Shown here one piece after another: positions 55,201-64,000 of a stretch of 64,000 nt of DNA. The DNA lies in NCBI RefSeq assembly GCF_009914755.1, contig NC_060936.1; one strand, 5' to 3'. This DNA comes from the human T2T-CHM13v2.0 reference genome, Homo sapiens. The notes below the pieces were generated by a model. That model was given only the letters and a program-made list of their open reading frames with translations, ran no database searches and had not been told where the DNA came from. Made by a program: the position numbers and the translations under genes. Position 1 is the stretch's first letter; every line of letters starts with the position of its first letter.

Positions 55201-58200
55201 TTTTCTATGAAGAAATACAGTTTCCAAAGAAGGCCTCAGAGAGGTCCAAATATCCACTTGCAGACTTTACAAACAGAGTGTTTCCAAACTGCTCTATGAA
55301 AACAAAGCTTGAATTCTATGAGTTGAACTCACTCATCACAAAGCAGTTTCTGACAATGATTCTGTCTAGTTGTTATACGAAGATATTTCCTTTTCTACCA
55401 ATGGCCTCAAAGCGCTTGAAATCTCAACCTGCAAATTCCACAAAAAGACTGTATCAAATCTGCTCTGTCTAACGGAAGGTTCAACTCTGTGAGTGGAATA
55501 CACACAACACAAAGAAGTTACAGAGAATTCCTCTGTCTAGATTATATGAAGTAATCCGGTTTCCAACGAAGGCCTCAAAGAGGTCCAAATATCCACTTGC
55601 AGACTTTACAGAGTGTTTCCAAACTGCTGTATGAAAGGAAAGGTTAAACTCTGTGAGTTGAACGCACACATCACAAAGTAGTTTCTGAGAATGATTCTGT
55701 CTACTTTTTATACGAAGATATTTCTTTTTCTACCATTGGCCTCAAAGCGCTTGAAATCTCCACCTGCAAATTCCACAAAGAGAGTTTCAAATCTGCTCTG
55801 TCTAAAGGAAGGTTCAACTCTGTGAGTTGAATACACACAACACAAAGAAGTTACTGAGAATTCTTCTGTCTAGCATTATATGAAGAAATCCCGTTTCCAA
55901 CGAAGGCTTCAAAGAGCTCAAAATATTCACTTGCAGACCTTACAAACAGAGTGTTTCCAAAGTGCTCTATGAAAAGAAAGGTTAAACTCTGTGAGTTGAA
56001 CGCCCACATCACAAAGTAGTTTCTGAGAATGATTCTGTCTAGTTTTAATACAAAGATATTTCCTTTTCAATCCTTGGCCTCAAATCACTTGAAATCTCCA
56101 CCTGCAAATTCCACAAAAGGAGTGTAACAAATCTGCTTTGTCGAAAGGAAGGTTCAAATCTGTGAGTTGAATACATGCAACACAAAAAAGTTACTGAGAA
56201 TACTTCTGTCTGGCATTATATGAAGAAAACCCGTTTCCAACGAAGGCCTGAAAGTGGTCCAAATATCCACTTGTAGACTATACAAACAGAGTGTTTCCAA
56301 ATTGCTGTATGAAAAGAAAGGCTAAACTCTGTGAGTTGAATGCACACATCACAAAGTAGTTTCTGAAAATGATTCTGTCTAGCTTTTAAAAGAAGATATT
56401 TCCTATTCTACCATCGGCTTCAAAGCGCTTGAAATCTCCACCTTCACATTCCACAAAAAGAGTGTATCAAATCTGCTATGTCTAAAGGAAGGTTCAACTC
56501 TGTGACTTGAATACACACAACACAAAGAAGTTACTGAGAAATCTTCCGTCTAGCATTATATGAAGAAATCCCGTTACCAACGAAGGCCTCAGAGTGGTCC
56601 TAATATCCACTTGCAGACTTTACAAACAGAGTGTTTCCAAACTGCTCTATGAAAAGAAAGGTTAAACACTGTGAGTTGAAAGCACACATCACAAAGCAGT
56701 ATCTGAGAATGATTCTGTCTAGTTTTTATATGAAGATATTTCCTTTTCTATCCTTGGCCTCAAAGCGCTTGAAATCTCCACCAGCAAATTCAACAAAAAG
56801 AGTGTTTCAAATCTGCTCCGTCTAAAGGAAGGTTCAACTCTGTGAGTTGAATACACACAACACAAAGAAGTTACTGAGAATTCTGCTGTCTAGCATTATA
56901 TGAAGAAATACCATTTCCAATGAAGGCCTCAAAGAGTTCCAAATATCCACTTGCAGACTGTACAGAGTGTTTCCAAATTGCTCTATGAAAAGAAAGGTTA
57001 AAATCTGTGAGTTGAACGAACACACCTCAAAGTAGTTTCTGAGAACGATTCTGTCTAGTTTTTATACGAAGATATTTCCTTTTCCTTGGCCTCAAAGCCC
57101 TTCAAATCTCCAACTGCAAATTCCACAAAAAGAGTGTATCAAATCTGCTATGTCTAAAAGAAGGTTGCACTCTGTGAGAGGAATACACACAACACAAAGA
57201 AGTTACTGAGGTATCTTCTGTCTAACATTATATGAAGAAATCCCGTTTCCAACGAAGGCCTCCAAGTGGTCCTAATATCCACTTGTAGACTTTACAAACA
57301 GAGTGTTTCCAAAGTGCTCTATGAAAAGGAAGGTTAAACTCTGTGAGTTGAACGCACACATCAAAAAGTAGTATCTGAGAATGATTCTGTTTAGTTTTTA
57401 TACGAAGATATTTCCTTTTCTATCCTTGGCCTCAAAGCGCTTGAAATCTCCACCAGCAAATTCAACAAAAAGAGTGTTTAAAATCTGCTCTGTCTAAAGG
57501 AAGGTTCAACTCTGTGAGTTGAATACACACAACACAAAGAAGTTACTGAGAATTCTTCTGTCTTGCATTATATGAAGAAATCCCGTTTCCAACGAAGACC
57601 TCAAAGAGGTCCAAATATCCACTTGCAGACTTTACAGATTGTTTCCAAATTGCTCTATGAAAAGAAAGGTTAAACTCTGTGAGTTGCACGAACACATCTC
57701 AAAGTAGTTTCTGAGAATGATTCTGTCTACTTTTTATATGAAGATATTTACTTTTCTACCTTTGGCCTCAAAGCGCTTGAAATCTCCACCTGCAAATTCC
57801 ACAAAAAAGTGTATCAAATCTCCTCTGTCTTAAGGGAGGCTCAACTCAGTGAGTGGAATACACACAACACAAAGAAATTACTGAGAATTCTTCAGTATAG
57901 CATTGTATGAAGAAATCCCATTTCCAAAGAAGGCCTCCAAGAGGTCCAAATATCCACTTGCAGACTTTACAAACAGAGTGTTTCCAAACTTCTCAATCAA
58001 AAGAAAGGTTAAACTCTCTGAGTTGAATGCACACATCACAGAGTAATTTCTGAGAGTGATTCTGTCTAGTTTTAATATGAAGATATTTCCTCTTCTACAA
58101 TTGGCCCCAAAGCGTTTGAAATCTCCACCTGCAAATTCCACAAAAAGAGTGTATCAAATCTGCTCTATCTAAAGGAAGATTCAACTCTCTGAGTTGAATA

Positions 58201-61200
58201 CACACAACACAAAGAAGTTACTGAGAATTCTTCTGTCTAACGTTATATGAAGAAATCCCGATTCCAATGAAGGCCTCAAAGAGGACCAAATATCCACTTG
58301 CAGACTTTACAAAGAGAGTGTTTCCAAACTGCTCTATGAAAAGAAAGGTTAAACTCTGTGAGTTGAATGCACACATCACAAATTAGTTTCTGAGAATGAT
58401 TCTGTCTAATTGTTATACGAAGATATTTCCTTTTCTAATATTGGCCTCAAAGCGTTTGAAATCTCCACATTCAAATTCCAAAAAAAAGAGTGTTTCAAAT
58501 CTGCTCTGTCTACAGGAACGTTCACTTCTGTGAGTTGAATAAATGCAACACAAAGAAGTTAATCAGAATTCCTCTGTCTAGCATTATATGAAGAAATCCC
58601 GTTTCCAACGAAGGACACAAAGAAGTCCAAGTATCCACTTGCAGAGTTTACAAACAGAGTGTTTCCAAACTGCTGTATGAAAAGAAAGTTTAAACTCTGT
58701 GAGTTGAACGCTGACATCACAATGTAGTTTCTGTGAATGATTCTGTCTAGTATTCATACGAAGATATTTCCTTTTCTACTTTGGCCTCAGAGCGCTTGAA
58801 AACTCCAACTGCAAATTCTACAAAAAGTGTATAACAAATCTCCTCTGTATAAACGAAGGTTCAACTCTCTGAGTGGAATATACACAACACAAAGAAGTTA
58901 CTGAGAATTCTTCTGTATAGCGTTATATGAAGAAATCCCATTTAAAAAGAAGACCTCCAAGAGGTCCAAATATCCACTTGCACATTTAGAAACAGAGTGT
59001 TTCCAAACTGGTCTATGAAAAGAAAGGTTACACTCTGTGAGTTGAACGCACACATCACAAAGTAGTTTCTGAAAATGATTCTCTCTACTGTTTAGACGAA
59101 GATATTTCCTTTTCTACCATTGCCCTTAAAGCGCTTGAAATCTCCACCTTCACATTCCACGAAAAGAGTGTGTGAAATCTGCTCTGTCTAAAGGAAGGTT
59201 CAACTCTGTGAGCTGAATACACACAACACCAAAAAGTTACTGAGAATTCTTCTGTCTAGCATTATATGAAGAAATCCCGTTTCCAACGAAGGCCTCAAAG
59301 AAGCCCAAATATCCACTTGCAGACATTACAGAGAGGGTTTCCAAACTGCTCAGTCAAAGAAAGGTTAAAATCCGTGAATTGAACACACACATCAAAAAGT
59401 AGTTTCTGAGAATGATTCTGTCTAGTTTTTATACGAAGATATTTCCTCTTCTACCATTGGCCTCAAAGAGCCTGAAATCTCCACCTGCAAATTCCACAAA
59501 ATGAGTGTATCAAATCTCCTCTCTCTAAAGGAAGGTTTAAGTCTGTGAGTGGAATACACACAACACAAAGCAGTTACTGAGAATTCTTCTTTCTAACAGT
59601 ATATGAAGAAATCCCGTTTCCAAAGAAGGCCTCAAAGAGGTCTAAATATCCACTTGCAGACTTTGCAAAGAGTGTTTCCAAACTGCTCTATGAAAAGAAA
59701 GGTTAAACTCTGTGATTTGAACGCACACATCACAAAGTAGTTTGTGAGAATGATTCTGTCTAGTTATTATACAAAAAATATTTCCTTTTCTACCATTGGC
59801 CACAAACAACGTGAAATCTCCACCTGTAAATTCAACAAAAAGAGTGTTTCACATCTGCTCGGTCTAAAGGTTGGTTCACTTCTGTGAGTTGAATACAGGC
59901 ACCACAAAGAAGTTACTGAGAATTCTTCTTTCTAGCATTATATGAAGAAATCCCGTTTCCAAAGAAGGCCTCAAAGAGGTATAAATATCCACTTGCAGAC
60001 TTTACAAAGAGAGTTTTTCCAAACTGCTCTATGAAAAGAAAGGTTAAACTCTGCGAGTTGAACGCACACATCACAAAGTAGTTTCTGAGAATGATTCTCT
60101 CTTGTTTTTCTACGAATATATGTCCTTTTCTACCATTGGCCTCAAAGCGATTGAAATCTGCACCTGGAAATTCCACAAAAAGAGTGTATCAAATCTGCTC
60201 TGTCAAAAGGAAGTTTCAATTCTGCTAGTTGAATAAATATAACACAAATAAGTTTCTGAGAATTCTTCTGTCTAACATTATATGAAGAAATCCCGTTTCC
60301 AACGAAGTCCTCAAAGGTGTCCAAATATCCACTGGCAAACTTTACAAACAGAGTGTTTCCAAACTGCTCAATCAAAAGAAAGGTTAAACTCTGTGAATTG
60401 AACGCACACATCACAAAGTAGTTTCTGAGAATTATTCTGTCTAGTTTTTATACGAAGATATTTCCTTTTCTACATGTGGCCTAAATGTGCTTGAAATCTC
60501 CATCTGCAAATATCACAGAAAGAGTGTTTCACATCTGCTCTGTCTAAAGGAATGTTCAACTCTGTGAGTTGAATACACACAACACAAAGAAGTTACGGAG
60601 AATTATTCTGTCTGGCATTATATGAAGAAATCCCGTTTCCAACGAAGGACTCAAAGAGGTCCATATATCCACTTGCAGAATTTACAAAGAGAGTGTTTCC
60701 AAACTGCTCAATCAAAAGAAAGGTTAAACTCTGTGAATTGAACGCACACATCACAAAGTAGTTTCTGAGAATGATTCTGTCTACTTTTTATACGAAGATA
60801 TTTCCTTTTCTACTTTTGGCCTATAAGCGCTTGAAATCTCCAACTGCAAATGTCACAGAAAGAGTGTTTCACATCTGCTCCGCCTAAAAGAAGTTTCAAA
60901 CCTGTGAATTGAATACACAGGACACAAAGAAGTTACTGAGAATTCTTTCTCCAACATTATATGAAGAAATCCCGTTTCCAACGAAGGCCTCAAAGAGGTC
61001 CAATTTTCCACATGCAGATATTAAAAAGAGAGTGTTTCTAAACAGCACTATGAAAAGAAAGGTTAAACTCTGTGAGTTGAATGCACACGTCACAAAGTAG
61101 TTTCTCAGAATGATCCTGTCTAGATTTTATACGAAGATACTACCTTTTCTACCCTTGGCCTGAAAGCGCTTGAAATCTCCTCATGCAATTTCCACAAAAA

Positions 61201-64000
61201 GAGTGTATCAAATGTGCTCTCTCTAAAGGAAGGTTCAAGTCTGTGGGTGGAATACACACAACACAAAGAAGTTACTGAGAATTCTTCTGTCTAGCATTAT
61301 ATGAAGAAATCCGTTTTCTAAGGAAAGTCTCGAAGAGGTCCAAATATCCTCTTGTGGACTATCCAACCAGAGTGTTTCCACACTGCTGCATGAAAAGAAA
61401 GGTTAAACTCTGTGAGTTGAACGCACACTTCACAAAGTCGTTTCTGAGAATGATTCTGTCTAGATTTTTTACGAAGATACTTCCTTTTCTACCCTTGGCC
61501 TGAAAGCGCTTGAAATCTCCACCTGCAAATTCCACAAAAAGAGTGTATGAAATCTCCTCTCTCAACTGAAAAGTTCAAGTCTGTGAGTGGAATACACACA
61601 ACACAAAGAATTTACTGAGAATTCTTCTGTCTAGCAGTATATGAAGAAATCCCGTTTCCAACGGAGGCCTCAAAGAGGTCCAAATGTCCACTTGCAGACT
61701 TTACAAACAGAGTGTTACCAAACTGCTCTATGAAAAAGAAAGTTTAAACTCTATGAATTGAATGCACACATCACAAAGTAGTTTCTCAGAAAGATTCTGT
61801 CTAGTTTTTATACGAAAATATTTCCTTTTCTGTCATTGGCCTCAAAGCAACTGAAAATTCCATCTGGAAATTCCACAAAAAGAGTGTGTCAAATCTCCTC
61901 TCTCTAAAGGAAGGTTCAAGTCTGTGAGTGGAATACACACAACACAAAAAGTTACTGAGAATTCTTCTGTCAAGCAATATAAGAAGAAATCCCGTTGCCA
62001 AAGAAGGGCTCAAAGAGGTCCAAATATCCACTTGCACACCTTACAAACAGAGTATTTCCGAACTGCTCTATGAAAAGAAAATTTAAACTCTGTGAGTTGA
62101 ATGCACACATCACAAAATAGTTTCTGAGAATGATTCTGTCTACCTTTTATACGAAGATAATTCCTTTCCTACCGTTGGCCTCAAATCGCTTGAAATCTCC
62201 ACCTGCAAATTTAACAAAAAGAGTGTTTCACATCTTCTCCGTCTAAAGGATGGTTCACCTCTGTGAGTTGAATACATGCAACACAAAGAAGTTACTGAGG
62301 ATTCTTCTTTCTAGCATTACATGAAAAAATCCCGTTTCCAACGAAGGCCTCAAATAGATCAAAATATCCACTTGCAGACATTACAAACAGAGTGTTTCCA
62401 AACTGCTCTATGAAAAGAAAGATTAAACTCTGTGAGTTGAACGCACACATCACAAAGTAGTTTCAGAGAACGATTTTGTCTTGTTTTTATATGAAGATAT
62501 TACCTTTTCTACCATTGGCCTCGAGGCGATTGAAATCTCCACCTGGGAAATCCACAAAAAGAATGTTTCAAATCTGCTTTATGTAAAGGAAGGTTCAACA
62601 CTGTGAGTTGAAAGCACACAACACATATAAGGTACTGAGAATTCTTCTGTCTAACATTCAATGAAGAAATACCTTTTCCAACGAAGGCCAAAAAGAGGTC
62701 CATATATCCACTTGCAGAATTTACAAAGAGAGGGTTTCCAAACTGCACAATCAAAGGAAAGGTTAAACTCTGTGAATTGAATGCACACATCACAAAGTAG
62801 ATTCTCAGAATGATTCTGTATAGTTTTTGTACAAAGGTATTTCCTTTTCTGTTTTTGGCCTAAAAGCGCTAGAAATCTCCACGTGCAAATATCACAAAAA
62901 AGAGTATTGCACATCTGCTCTCTCTAAAGGAAGTTTCAACTCTATGAGTTGAATACACACAACCCAAGGAAGTTATTAAGATTTATTCTGTCTAGCAGTA
63001 TATGAAGAAATCCCGTTTCCAAAGAAGGGCTCAAAGAGGTCCAAATATCCTCTTGCAGACTTTACAAACAGAGTGTTTCCAGACTGCTCTATGAAAAGAA
63101 AGGTTAAAATCTGTGAGTTGAACGCACACATCAAAAAGTAGTTTCTGAGAATGATTCTGTCAAGATTTTATACGAAGATACTTCCTTTTCTACCCTTGGC
63201 CTCAAAGCGCTTGAAATTTCCACCTGCAAATTCCACAAAATGAGTGTATCAAATCTCCTCTCTCTAAAGGAAGGTTTAAGTCTGTGAGTGGAATACACAC
63301 AACACAAAGCAGTTACTGAGAATTCTTCTTTCTAGCAGTATATGAAGAAATCCCGTTTCCAAAGAAGGCCTCAAAGAGGTCTAAATATCCACTTGCAGAC
63401 TTTGCAAACAGAGTGTTTCCAAACTGCTCTATGAAAAGAAAGGTTAAACTCTGTGATTTGAACGCACACATCACAAAGTAGTTTGTGAGAATGATTCTGT
63501 CTAGTTATCACACAAAAATATTTCCTTTTCTACCATTGGCCACAAAGCACGTGAAATCTCCACCTGCAAATTCAACAAAAAGAGTGTTTCACATCTGCTC
63601 GGTCTAAAGGTTGGTTCACTTCTGTGAGTTGAATACAGGCAACAGAAAGAAGTTACTGAGAATTCTTCTTTCTAGCATTATATGAAGAAATCCCGTTTCC
63701 AAAGAAGGCCTCAAAGAGGTATAAATATCCACTTGCAGACTTTACAAAGAGAGTTTTTCCAAACTGCTCTATGAAAAGAAAGGTTAAACTCTGCGAGTTG
63801 AACGCACACATCACAAAGTAGTTTCTGAGAATGATTCTCTCTTGTTTTTCTACGAATATATGTCCTTTTCTACCACTGGCCTCAAAGCGATTGAAATCTG
63901 CACCTGGAAATTCCACAAAAAGAGTGTATCAAATCTGCTCTGTCAAAAGGAAGTTTCAATTCTGCTAGTTGAATAAACATAACACAAATAAGTTTCTGAG
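55201..64000 (-). repeat. Regular A/B dimeric alpha satellite, SF1-related (probably archaic SF01), divergent HOR
   Basis: ~340-bp dimer with SF1-type features on the minus strand: 'aattctcagtaactt', 'tgtgttgtgtgtattc', 'gtggagatttcaagcgc', 'ggccaatggtag', 'cttcgtataaaa', 'catataatgctag'. It lacks modern J1/J2 marks such as 'gatcctttacac' and 'ttcagccgc'. Confidence 0.8.
57241..57257 (-). promoter_or_regulatory. CENP-B box (minus strand; representative of the inverted arrays)
   Basis: Plus-strand tcccgtttccaacgaag. Others lie near 55889, 57581, 58597, 59275, 60291, 60631, 60970 and 62330. Confidence 0.9.

Noticed and set aside
21141-64000. Regularly spaced conserved motifs resembling a CRISPR array beside a reverse transcriptase (RT-CRISPR, retron or DGR idea)
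   Set aside because: The intervening sequence is homologous between units rather than unique spacers. The RT is an ordinary LINE-1 ORF2, and there are no cas or accessory genes.
55201-64000. Active centromeric HOR core or a specific chromosome assignment
   Set aside because: Dimers are visibly diverged, many CENP-B boxes are mutated, and no long homogeneous HOR run is seen. Chromosome and species cannot be fixed without a search.

Overview
This window is not prokaryotic. It is hominid (human or great-ape) pericentromeric DNA: about 58 kb of tandem ~171-bp alpha satellite interrupted by one near full-length, dead LINE-1 (L1PA2/L1PA3-type, minus strand, ~10566-16599). The satellite is layered from left to right. 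Ancient divergent monomers without CENP-B boxes (1-~21.1 kb) are followed by SF5-like irregular A/B monomers with scattered CENP-B boxes (~21.1-49.3 kb) and an orientation switch at ~49270. After that come an inverted ~1.7-kb (10-mer) repeat with a local dimer expansion (~49.3-55.2 kb) and a regular A/B dimeric SF1/SF01-like array containing a ~3.74-kb-period duplication (55.2-64 kb). This pattern fits the layered-expansion model, with the centromere core probably to the right. The only real coding sequence is the broken L1 ORF1/ORF2/ORF0; all satellite ORFs are artefacts. I found no support for a new protein-coding system. The most notable signals are structural: a ~60-bp self-templated hairpin insertion (repair scar) at ~44.73-44.79 kb, a microhomology-joined quasi-palindromic inversion junction, an L1 insertion with no TSD and a target-site deletion, and nested duplications that look like stages of HOR formation. 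Family assignments and identities are by eye against recalled consensus sequences.
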